The translations under genes and the position numbers were made by a program. A stretch of 64,000 nt of DNA from Callorhinchus milii (Eukaryota): NCBI RefSeq assembly GCF_018977255.1, contig NW_024704742.1:13332001-13396000 (forward strand), read 5' to 3'. Below are positions 39,030 to 50,974 of the stretch, piece by piece (the first letter of the stretch is position 1; each line of letters begins with the position of its first letter). The notes below the pieces were generated by a model that did no database searches, had not been told where the DNA came from, and was given only the letters and a program-made list of their open reading frames with translations.

Positions 39030-42010
39030 CCCGCTCCCCCGGTCCAAGTCATCTCCACTCTCTGAAAACACAAACCCAGACACTCGAGTGCAGTTGGCAG
39101 AAATCTGGCCTCACGATTCACCACCAGCTGTGGCTTGAGCACCTCCACATCTACTGCCTCTCCTTTTCACAGGCAAAAACTGACTTTTACTCCAAAGTCA
39201 TTCTGGAGGCAAACAACAATCCAAAGATGTTGTTTTCCACCATCCATCACCTCCTCCGTGCACCCCCTTTCAAGCCCCCTCTATCCTCATATCAAACGCC
39301 TCATGCAAAGCTTCATCACTTCAAAGATTGAAAACATCCACTTGTCTGCATCGTCCTACCCCCATGTCCCCTTCCACCCACTCAGACCATGCAAACAACC
39401 TTCTCCCACTGCCAAGGCTCCTGCCACTGCCCCCTCCTTACATTCCTTTGCCACCATTTCTCCCTCCTTCCTCTCAACCATAATCACCTGGATGAAGTTC
39501 ACCACCTGCTGCCTCAACCCCATCCCCACCCAGCTGCTTATCACTCAACTCCCCCTTCTCTCCCCTCTGCTGGCCGACACCATCAACTTGGATGACTTGG
39601 ATGAAGAAATAGAAAGTTTTATATCCAAGTTTGCAAATGACACTAAGATAGGAGGCTCCGCAAGTAGTGTAGATGGGAGTAGGAAGTTACAGAGGGACTT
39701 AGACAGATTAAGTGAGCAAAGCTGTGGCAGATGGAGTTCAATGTAGGGAAGTGCGAGGTCATCCACTATGGACCGAAAAAAGATAGGGCAGAATAGTTTC
39801 TTAACGGGGAGAAACTAAGAGCTGTGGAAGAGCAAAAAGATTTGGGTGTCCATATCCACAAATCACTAAAAACCAATTCCCAGGTGCAAAACATAATCAA
39901 AAAGGCAAATGGTATGTTGGCCTTTACCTCGAGAGGCCTGGAATACAAAGGGGAAGAAATGATGCTTCAGCTGTATAGAGCATTAGTCAGACCCCACCTG
40001 GAGTACTGCGTTCAGTTTTGGGCACCGCACCCCAGGAAAGATATATTGGCCCTGGAGGGGGTGCAGCGCTGGTTCACCAGAATGTTACCAGGCCAAAAAG
40101 GCTTAAGTTACGAGGAAAGGCTGCGTAAACTTGGATTGTATTCCCTCGAGTTTAGAAGATTGAGGGGTGATTTGATAGAGGTTTTTAGGATGATAAAGGG
40201 ATTTGATAGGAAATAGCTTTTCTGCATCTACCCTATGTTGGGGGAATGCAAAACAAGAGGGCATAGTCTTAAAATTAGAACCAGACCATTTAAGAGTGAA
40301 ATTCGGAAGCATTTTTTCACTCAAAGTGGGTAGAAATCTGGAATTCTCTCCCCCAAAAGGTCATGGATGCTGGATCCATCCACACCTTCAAGAAAGAGAT
40401 TGACAGATTTTTAGTAGGTCGGGGTATTAAGGGATACAGGGAGAAAGCGGAAATTGGAATTGAAATTCTAGTAAAGATATAGATCAGCCATGATCTAATT
40501 AAATGGTGGAATAGGCTCGACGGGCTGAATGGGCAACTCCTGTTCCTATTTTCCTATGTAACCAGTCTCTGTCCTCAGGCTCTGTTTTATTCCCCCTGAA
40601 AAACGCTGTTATCTCACTTCTCCTCAAAAAACCCACCCTCGATTCCTCTAATCTCTCACACTACTGTTCCATCTCCAACCTGCCCTTCCTTGCCAAAGTC
40701 CTGGAAGGCATTGTTACAGGTCAACTTTGGTGACACCTTTCCCTCCGCTCCCTCCTCGAGCCCCTGCAGTCTGGTTTTTGCCCTGCCCACAGCACAGAGA
40801 CAGCGCTTGTCAAAGTTACAAACGACGACCTCTCAATCTGTGACCAGGGCTCCCTCTGCCTCCTCATCCTACGGATCTCTCTGCCACATTCAACAGTCGA
40901 TCCGCCATCCTCCTCCACCACCTCTCCTCCCTCATTCACCTTAGTGGGACCGCACTCACATGGTTTGAATCCTACTTAACCAACCGCCTCCATTTCATCG
41001 CCCCAAATGGTTTCGCCTCCCTCCCCCACAGGGCTTCAGCCTTAGCCCTCTCTTTTCCCTCATCTATATGCTCCCTCTGGGCAACGTCATTTGCAGACAC
41101 GGGGTAAACTTCCACATGTACGCGGATGAAACACAAATCTGCTTTGCCTCCTACAGTACCAACTCCAGGTTCGCCGATGTTCTATCAGCTTGTCTGGCAG
41201 ACATCAGGGCCTGAATGAGTGCAAACTTCCTGCTGCTGAATGTGGATAAGATGGAAACCATACTCCTTGGCTCCTGTCAATAGCTTCACTCCTGCGGATC
41301 TGAACTCCTTAACCTCCCTCAGATTCACCAAACCAGTGTGCAATCTAGGCATCCTGTTTGACCCCCAGCTGTCCTTCCTTCCCCACATCCAGTCCCTGAC
41401 CAGGACCCCCTTCTTTCACCTCCACCACATTGCCTGTCTCCAACCGTTCCTTACCCCAGCCAAAACTCTTGTGCATGGGTTTGTCACCTCTCGCCTGGAT
41501 TACTCAAACACACTCCTCGCCGGTCTCCCCAGCTCCACTATTCAAAAGATTCAGCTCATTCAGAACTCTGCCGCCCGCGTATTGACCCAGACCAAACTCC
41601 GTACCCACATCTCACCAGTTCTGGCCAGGCTCCACTGGCTCCCCATCACCAAACGGATCGACTCACGCTCATGTTCAAATCCATTCACTTTCTGGCACCT
41701 CCCTACCTCTCCGACCTCCTCAATCCACCACCCTGGCGCCTCAGCTTGACTGGCACCGGCCTCCTGTTGTCCCTCACACCCACCATCGGAAGTCACGCTT
41801 TCAACCACTACACCCCAAAATTCTGGAATACTCTCCCTGAATCCCTCTGCCTTGCCCCCTCTCCCCTTTTTCAAGTCCCGCCTGTAAACATTCCTCTTCG
41901 ACGTGCTTACGGCCTCCCACCCCCCACCTGGCATGGAGTCAGACACTGTTAAGCACTCTGAGACACTACCCTGCTTGGAAGGCGCTTTTTAAGTACAAGT
42001 TGTTGTTGTA
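39030..42010 (+). mobile_element. L2 LINE interrupted by a CR1 3' fragment (about 39588-40558)
   Basis: L2: MKFTTCCLNPIPTQLL, HGFVTSRLDYSN, HWLP; CR1: ISKFANDTKIGG, YRALVRPHLEYCVQFWAP. Confidence 0.9.
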
Positions 42011-44695
42011 AACAAAACATATGAGATTGTGTGGTAAGCTAACAATATACATGTGTAGCAATAATAATTAAACAAATAATAAGTAATGTAATGATGGGCC
42101 TTCAGCCACTCTGCTCCCACCCTCTAGAACTCCATCCCATAGTCCCATGGCATGTGTATGAAATACACAGACTGAAACTCATCTGCATCTTGGGTTACTT
42201 CCCAGTTAATGGACGAGTGAAAATGGCCCAGGTTGTGCACAGTGCTCATAACTCACACTTACAATGAGGTTTCTATTTGTCCTTTAAAGTATCTACACTA
42301 TTCTTGCAGATAGTTACAAAACCAAACACTTTTGAGTACTAAATGGATTACTTTTACCTTATCTTCTGGGGTTTGTAGTATTACTCTCCCGATCTTGTAT
42401 GCAGGGAATTTGTTATATGCTGAATAAAATATTATCAGAAATTCAATGGTTTGCGTGCATCGAGATCTCTCTGTCTTTAAAGTATACGACTTCCAATTTG
42501 TAGAGCGTCTTTCACATCAGGGAGGTACTGGACAGTCCTGGTGGTGGGGATCAGGAGGGATGGAGTAAGGGGATGGTAGGGATTGGAGGGTGACCGAAGG
42601 CACAGTCGAAGAGGAGGGTCTTGAAGGAAGCAAGGAGCAAGGCAGAGGCACTATGGGATGGAGTTCTAGAGGGTGGGAGCAGAGTTGCTGAAGGCCCACC
42701 CTTACATTACTTATTATTTGTTTAATAATACATTACTTGTTATCAATGCCTCTCCCACACCAGTTGAGTGAACGCAAAAATAAATCCCTGCTTCGTCTGT
42801 TGGTGCCCGGGTGTACAACAGAGCTCTCTACCCTCCATGTGGGGAAGAGGTTGCTGCCCTAGAGTTGAACTGGCTCAAAGGTAAAGTGCTTCACAACTGA
42901 ATGTCAGAATCAAGTCCACCTTCTCTGGCAGTTTTGGAGGTCCCACTCCTCAGTCAGGCAGATCCACAGTACTCAAGGGCATTGTTGATGACAGATCAGT
43001 CAGCCTGTTATAATAATGATAAACCTTGCATTTGATGTAGCGCCTTATATCAATGAGACATCTCAAAAGTGCTTCAGTTTACGTAAAGTGAATAGACCGT
43101 ATATTTTGTGGGAAAAACATAGCAGCCAATTCAGTCGTGGATTAAATGACCAAATTATTATTATTATTTCTTGAGGGATTATTACCCATGGAAAGCGATT
43201 TGGCAATCGGCTAACAACCAGGTTTCTCCTTATTGCTAGGTAAACAGAGCCGTGTCTGTGTAATGCCGTTACCACCATTAGCGGGTGTGCCTTCAGCCTC
43301 TCTGCCCACACTCTCTGGAACTCCATCCCCCAATTCCTTCCTCTTCAACCGTGCCTTCGGTCACTATCCTACCCTCCCTGCCCTCCACCCATCCTGATCC
43401 CAACCACCAGCTCAAGTGCAGATCCCTGACTATCCAGCGCTTTGGGACGTCCTGCTGACGTGAAAGGCACGGTACAAATGTAATTTGTTGTTATATTGGA
43501 TGGAGAATTGAACTATTTGGGATGGGTCCCTGACCTGTCCGGGATTTCAGCTGACTTCCCACAGACCACATGAGCACCAACCCTCATGTTTCTAAGTCCC
43601 TCCAAAAAACACCACTTTCTAAAGTAACAATAAACTTTACGAAAGTTGCAATATTTTGAAAACAATGAACAAACCAAGACAACTTATGCACATTTTAATT
43701 TTTTAATAATCATACTAACTACTTTAAATTATAATCCCGATTAAAGTAAATTTGTATCCAGCCACAATTTGAAACATTGGAATCCTGCTACGTTTGTCTA
43801 AAAAAGTCACTATACTTTACAGGTAATCCTGTGAAGTGCTAATGTCCTATTGAAGGTATAATACTGTACAGTAAACCTCACAGAAATCATATCAGTTGGG
43901 ACCATACATTTCATCTGATTTATGCAAAGTGTGAGATATGTGAAGCTTATAAATATTGCATTAGGAAATTCAACACTACTTGGGCAGATGTAATTTAGGC
44001 GATTATACAATTTATACAGAATAATAATTCTTGCATTTGATATAGCGACTTATCACGTCTTCGAAACGTCTCAAAGTGCTTCACAGAATACAAGTGAATT
44101 AAGTGTATATTTTGTGCGTGAAACGCGGCAGCCAATTTCACACTTGAGTGATCCACAAACAATCGTGGATTGAGTGACCAATTTTTTTTTGAAGGATCAT
44201 ATTTATGCGAGTTTACTGTCTCTTTTTTGTCCATTTGTTCCCCACCCCCAAGTTAGGGAATCTTTGGGGTTTAAAAGCACTTGCATTGGGATAGTTACCC
44301 TTGCAAATGTAGTTTAGCAGCTCAGATCCAAACCAGCTTAGATTGAAACCTGCAGAATTGCTCTTTTTGCCTGGCTTGAATATGTTTCTTTTGGACAATA
44401 GTAATTCTTTTAAAAAAAATTAATTGACAATTCATTGCTTTTGACTACCCACCCACATTTTTGGCTGTCTTCTGTGTTGTAAATTTCTATGGTTCTAAAG
44501 CTAGGAATCAAGAATTGCATCACTGAAGTCAGCAACCAGGCTTGTAAGCTTCACTCAGCTGAACCTTTTTAGAAGTGTGCTCATTTCGTAGCACGGGGGA
44601 GCAAATTGGATCCATCCTACATCTAATCCAGATAAGCACACGGTTTGAGAATAAATAACCTTTCAACAAATACATGAGCAAAATCCAAAGAGAAT

Positions 44696-44701
44696 TTTAT
44701 T
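44696..44701 (-). promoter_or_regulatory. Candidate RCL1 polyadenylation signal (AATAAA)
   Basis: TTTATT on + strand about 900 bp past the stop codon, in apparently repeat-free sequence. Confidence 0.45.
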
Positions 44702-45593
44702 GTTTGTGAGCCCCAACATTTCACCTCTCCTCGAGTAAAACTTTCGATAAACATACTTGACATGGGTTACTAGGATTACTTTGTTTAATCTCTAGTTAAT
44801 GTTTAGTCTTTCAGCTAGACAGGCCTGGGCATTGATTCAGCACTGAGCATCAGCCCTGTATACAGAGCAGCTCTCTTCTTGCCAGTATTTATGGAGTTGA
44901 GTAATGAGCAAACTTTCGATTCCCAAGTGATCCTTTTTCCACTATGCCATTATATCACACAGGTCACTGCAAACCATCTGTGTATTTTTTTTAAAACAAA
45001 ATAAAGAGTTTTAAAACAATACATAGCAGGTATTGGGAACATCTTTTTAAGAGTCCAGAAAATTCAATTCAAATGGCTCTTTCTGCACTGGTTAGTAAAC
45101 TGATGTATTTGACTATTGGACAGGAGGAAAAGGATCAATTCTAGTTCATATGAGATATTTGAGACAGATTTGGTTTTTAAATAAGGATCATAAGATGAAC
45201 CATTCTAACATAGTCAACCACACAACAGTTCAGGAGGTACCGCTTCCGTTAAAGCAAGGCACCGACACAGCTTAAATATCCATCTCCTAAAAGAAAGGCC
45301 AGTGACTAGGACTAGACAAGTACTTCTTATTTGAACTTGATAAATTAGATTTCTTAATGGAGTCCGATAAACGATCAGATAATACACACAGTGCTCAGGT
45401 TGTCATGGGAGGTGGGCATCAAAACGGAGGAATGGAATGGCAGAAGCTCACAAAATTGGTCAGGAAAGCCTCAATTAGGCCTCCTTTTTCTAGTGCTGAG
45501 TACTAACTCTCTGTCGAGAGCTCCCAGCTTTCTGTGGGTTGGCAGACTGTGACCAAACCAGGGACAGCGGCTGTTGCGGACTGGCCCCGCTCT

Positions 45594-45741
45594 TTATCTG
45601 ATAGTCTTGCTGATGTTGGAGAAGCCAATTCCGACGCACGTCATCAGCACTTTCTCGCCCCCTTTCCGTTCTTCACTTGGCTGCGTTTCAATTTTGAACA
45701 TGATTTGAAAGAAGCTTCTGAGGTGCCGAAGAAACTCGATT
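45594..45741 (-). CDS. RCL1: RCL1 last coding exon, ending in TAA at 45594-45596
   Basis: aag|A ATC; IEFLRHLRSFFQIMFKIETQPSEERKGGEKVLMTCVGIGFSNISKTIR*; phase matches the previous exon. Confidence 0.95.
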
Positions 45742-45929
45742 CTTTTTTTCAAAAAACAAAAAAAACGAGTTAAGCATTTCATTGTTTATTTCTCCTGGAT
45801 TATTCTCATGTCCATTCTTAACTTCTCTGTACCCCACCCACTTTCATTTTAGATGGAGCTGCGGATATTCAACAGCAATGTGAACCAATAGCATTTTTCA
45901 TAGAGAAGCATTTTACAATACAACGAACT

Positions 45930-48900
45930 AAGTGGTTACATAACATAACGGAGCAGGAGTAGGCCATTCGGCCCTTCGAGCCTGCCCCGCCATTCAATCA
46001 TGGCTGATCTTCTAATCTAACTCCAGCTAATAACCTAACCCTGCCTTATCCCCATATCCCTTAACCCCTTTTGCAATAAGAAATATATCTATCCCAGTCT
46101 TGAATATGAACTGAGCGTCAACAGCCCTTCGGGGTAGCGAGTTCCCTTTGAGTGAAGAAGTTCTTCCTCAACTCAGTGCGAAAGGGCTGCCTCTGATTTT
46201 AAGGTTGTGACCCCTGGTTTTAGTTTCTCCAACCAGGGGAAACAATCTCCCACTATCTACTCTATCATTTGTGGAGTCCTGTAGCTCATTGATTAGAGCA
46301 CTTGCTTTGAAAGTTCAATTCCAGGCAGGGCGAAACCTTGGGCAAGTTTCCTTACTCCACACACCTAATAATAATCCCTCAAAAAAAAACCAATAATAAA
46401 TTGGTCATTTTCAATCCACGACTGTTTGTGGGACATTGCTGTGTGCAATTGGCTGCCGCGTTCGCCCACAAATATACAGTCAATTCACTTTACAGTGTGT
46501 TCTGTGAAGCGCTTTGAGACATCCTCCCAACGTGAAAAGCGCGATATCAAATGCAAGGATTATTATTATTATTATTATCATGCCCTTTGATGATCTTATA
46601 GGTTTCTATAAGATCCCCTCTAATTCTTCTATATTCTAGAGAATATCGGCCCAAATTAGTCAGCCTATCCTCGTAACTCATCTCCTTCATCCCTGGTACT
46701 AACCTTGTAAATCTACTCTGCACCCCCTCCAAGGCAAGTACATCCTTCCTTAAATAAGGAGACCAAAACGGCACACAGTATTCCAGGTGTGGTCTCACCA
46801 GGGCCCTATACAGTTGCAGCAAGACTTCCCTACTCTTATACTCTAATCCTTTCATAATGAATGCTAACATCCCGTTCTCCTTCCTAATTGCTGTTGCACC
46901 TGCAGACTAACTTTCTGTGATTGGTGTACAACACCCAAGTCCCTCTGGTTGCCAACACATTCCAATCTCTCCCCTTCTAAAAAACAACCCGCTCTACAAC
47001 AACAACAAGATTTCATTTATAGAGCGCCTTTCACGTCAGGAGGATGTCCCAAGGCACTGGACAGTTGGGTCAGGACCCGAGCAGGGGGGAAATGGTCAGG
47101 GTGAGGGGAAGGGAGGGGGCGAGGAGGGGGTAGAGAGTCGAGAGGGGAGCTGAAGGCACGGTCAAAGAGAAAGGTCTTGAGACCGGCCTTGAAGGAGGAA
47201 AGGGAGGAGGCGGCGAAGGCATTGGGGGATGGAGTTCCAAAGCCTAAGGGCTGAGAGGCTGAAGGCCCGGCTACCGATGGTAGGGCGGGGGATGTGGTGC
47301 AGACCGGAGCCAGAGGAACGGAGGGTACGGGCAGGTAAGTAGAGGGATAGTAGGTCGGAGAGGTAGGAGGGAGCAAGGCCGTGAATGGCCTTGTAGGTGA
47401 GGATGAGGATCCTGAATTCGATCCTCTGGGGGATGGGGAGCCAGTGGAGGCGAGCGAGGGTGGGAGTGATGTGGTCCCGAAGCCTGGTGCGGGACAGTAC
47501 ACGAGCTGCAGAGTTCTGAATGACCTGCAGTGTGGAGAGAGTTCCCATAGTCCAGCCTTGAGGTGATAAAGGCGTGGACCTGAAGGCGTGTTTCAGCAGC
47601 GTGAGGGGTGAGGTAGTGCCGTAGTCTGGTGATGTTTCGGAGGTGATGGAAGGCGGTGCCGGTTGTGGCGCGGTTATGAGGAAGAAAGGACAGCTCAGGG
47701 TCGAACAGAACCCCGAGGTTCCTGATTGGCTTTGAGAGATGGAGAGTGCAGCCTTGGATGCTGATGCTGTCAGCGCCTGAGGTGGGGAGGCGCTGACGTG
47801 AGCCAATCAGGAGGGCCTCAGTTATGCGCACGTTGAGCTGAAGAAAGTTGTCTCTCGTTCAGGACTCAATGACGGACAGGCAGGATGTCAGGACATCGGT
47901 GGTCGTGGAGTTGAGGGTAGAGGAGGAAAGGTAGAGTTGGGTATCATCTGCATACATGTGGAAGTTAACCCCATGTCTGCGGATGATGTCACCAAGGGGG
48001 AGCATATAGAAGGTGAAGAGGAGGGGACCGAGGACAGAGCCCTGAGGGACACCGCACGAGACAGTGCGGGGGTGGAGGAAAAGCCGTTTGTGGAAACAAA
48101 ATGAAGATGGTGGGAGAGGTAAGACCTAAACCACTCAAGGACAGGGCCTTGAAGTTTAAGGAGGGAGGACAAGCGGTGGAGGAGGATAGCCTGGCCGACC
48201 GTATCGAATGCGGCCGATAGGTCGAGGAGGACGAGGAGGCAGAGGGAGCCCTGGTCGCAGATGGTCATAATGTCATTGGTGATCTTGACCAGGGCAGTTT
48301 CTGTGCTATGGGCAGCACGGAAACCCGACTGAAAGTTTTCGAATAATGAATGGGTGGAGAGGAAAGAGCGCAGCTGGGAGGCGACAACTCTTTTGAGAAC
48401 CTTGGACAGAAAGGGGAGGATGGAGATGGGCAGGTAGCTTGATAGCTGCGACGCATCAAGGGAGGGTTTTTTCAAAGTGGGAGTGATGGTGGCAGTTTTT
48501 GGGGAATGGGAACAGAGCCAGAGGAGGTGATATCTGTGAGAAGTGTTTTTGCTCCCTAGGTGGATGACTTCGCACTTCCCTACATTATACTTCATCTGCC
48601 ACCTACCTGCCCAATCACCTGACCTATCTATGTCGCGCTGCATTTTGTTTAATGTCATCCTCTGTGTTGACATTTCCTCCTAGTTTTGTGTCATCCGCGA
48701 ATTTAGATATATTAACTTTGATGTCCTCATCTAGATCGTTGATGTAGATGGTAAATAGCTGAGGCCCAAGGACTGATCCTTGTGGCACTCCACTAGTCAC
48801 ATCCCGCCAATCTGAAAGGGACCCGTTTATCCCTACTCTTTGTTTCCTACCCGTTAACCATTCCCCAATCCACGTTAATATGCTCCCCCCAATTCCATGG

Positions 48901-49990
48901 GCCCTTAACTTTCGGACTAACCTTTTATGCGGCACCTTATCGAATGCCTTCTGGAAGTCCAAATAGACCACATCCACTGATTCACCCTTATCTAGTTTAC
49001 TCCAAATATCCTCAAAAACCTCTATGAGATTTGTCAAACATGACTTCCCTTATGTAAAGCCATGTTGACTTGGCCTAATTATATTGTGCTCCCCTAAATA
49101 CCGTAGTACCACAATCAACGATTCTAAAATGTTTCCTGTCACTGATGTGAGACTAACTCGCCTATCTTTTCCCCATCTTTTCCTTTCCACTTTTTTAAAT
49201 AGTGGCGTGACATTTGCGATCTTCCAATCCATGGGGACTGTTCCAGAATCCAAGGAATTTTGGAAGATCAGACACAAGGCCTCCACTATCTCATAAGCTA
49301 CCTCTTTTAAAACCCTGGGATGCAAGCCATCCGGACCAGAGGATTTGTCACTTTTTAGTGCTAACAGTTTCCCTAGCACCAATTCTCTACTAATGAAAAT
49401 TTCCCTAAGTTGCTCCCTGTCCTTATCCCCTTGGTGCATCCCTATTGTTGGCAGACTTGTTGTGTCTTCTAGGGTGAAGACAGATGCAAAGTACCCATTT
49501 AGGGACTCTGCCATGTCCTTATCCCCCATTACAACTTCTCCCGTCTCTGACTGAAGTGGACCTACATTTACCCTCACTAGCCGATTCCTCTTAATGTATT
49601 TGTAAAAACTTTCACAATCAGACTTAATGTTCCTAGCTAGCTTACCCTCATACTCCTTTTTCTCGCTCTTAATGAGTTTTTTAGGTTTATTTTGCTAGTT
49701 TCTAAAACTCTCCCAATCTTCAAATTTGCTGCTTTTCTTGGCAGTTTTATAAGCGTTTTCTTTTAATTTGATGCTTTGCCTAACTGCTCTAGTTAGCCAC
49801 GGATGAATTGCTTTCCCTGTGGTACTCTTATTCTGCAAGGGAATATGCGACCACTGAGAATTTTGCACTACATCCTTAAATATTTGCCACTGTTAGTCTA
49901 CATTTTTACCTCTTAATCTTATTCTCCAGTCTATCTTACCTAAATCTTTCCTCATACCTACAAAATTAGCCCTATTTAAATTCAGAATAC
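45930..49990 (-). mobile_element. CR1 LINE in the last RCL1 intron, with nested L2 (about 46995-48530) and SINE (46272-46579)
   Basis: [50 protein letters not shown]2 part [11 protein letters not shown] and HWLP, very similar to the 13490-15655 copy. Confidence 0.92.
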
Positions 49991-50613
49991 TTTGGCAATT
50001 TGGTTTTACAGAACTTGCATTTACATAGAATGTTTAAGGAGGACATCTCAAAGTGCTTTACAGAGACTGAGGGAGAGGGGTGATGGAGAGAGATGGCAGG
50101 GGAGGCCAATGAGATTTTTTTTAAAGAAAGATTGTGAAAGCAGAAAGGCAGGGGTGCAGCAGATGGATTCAGGGAGAGCTCGAAGGAATTGGGACACAGT
50201 GGCTGAAGGCTCAAAGCAGACCAGAGCTGGATGAGCAAGTGGACTGCAGGAGATTGCAGAGAAAGGGTGGGGCTGTGGAGCGAATGCAATAACAAGAACA
50301 GTTAATGTCTGCTGCAGAACTTTCTGCAAACATAATGGGAGGGAAGAGAGGGAGGAATTAAAATTAAATATGTGTACAGTGGAACTGCTGAGAAGCACTT
50401 TCCCACTCTTGCACATAAACAACAATACTTGCATTTCCTGATTTGATGCTGCGCTTTAACACAGGGAAATGTCTCAAAGAATCTCTCTCAAATGTAGTGA
50501 CTGTTGTGCAGGCAAATATGGCAGCTAGACTGCAACGCAACAGCGCTCAAACAGACTGATGTAGAAAGGTGCGTTGTGAAGCCCTGTGTCAGATGTGGTT
50601 GTCTTGTATTGGC

Positions 50614-50691
50614 ACTGCCACTCTTCAGCTATCACAGTACTGTACCTCTTGAAAAACAGCACCGGTACTGTGATAACTGAAAAAGGACAGT
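50614..50691 (-). ncRNA. MIR101-2: miR-101 precursor (mir-101-2/mir-101b type) in the last RCL1 intron; mature 3p UACAGUACUGUGAUAGCUGAA at 50624-50644
   Basis: Minus strand ACTGTCCTTTTTCAGTTATCACAGTACCGGTGCTGTTTTTCAAGAGGTACAGTACTGTGATAGCTGAAGAGTGGCAGT folds as a hairpin and carries the miR-101 mature sequence; mammalian mir-101-2 lies in the equivalent RCL1 intron. Confidence 0.96.
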
Positions 50692-50870
50692 TCAGGTTTC
50701 CTGGGTCTCCAGACTTTAGTCAACAATGCATTCTACACAACAAATAGGCCACATTTCTCAACAGGGCACAAAGTATCTATAAACGTCACTCAGCCACCCG
50801 GAGATCAGTGGTTCTGCCAAAGACGCTCTCTCCATGTCCTGTTGGCACAATGGGAGACTGACTCACTTAC

Positions 50871-50974
50871 GTGTATGGGGACAAAGGGCCAAGCAGAACT
50901 TTTGAGACATCTTGCTGTCCAAGGGTCATGTACAGCAGAGCCAGACTCTGGTTTGCCGAATCCACACAGCCACC
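50871..50974 (-). CDS. RCL1: RCL1 penultimate exon, 104 bp
   Basis: tcacag|GGT; GGCVDSANQSLALLYMTLGQQDVSKVLLGPLSPYT; donor AC|gtaagt. Confidence 0.96.

Noticed and set aside
1..44600. JAK2 exons expected downstream of RCL1 from mammalian synteny
   Set aside because: No JAK2-like coding sequence or CpG-island promoter recognised; it probably lies beyond the left edge
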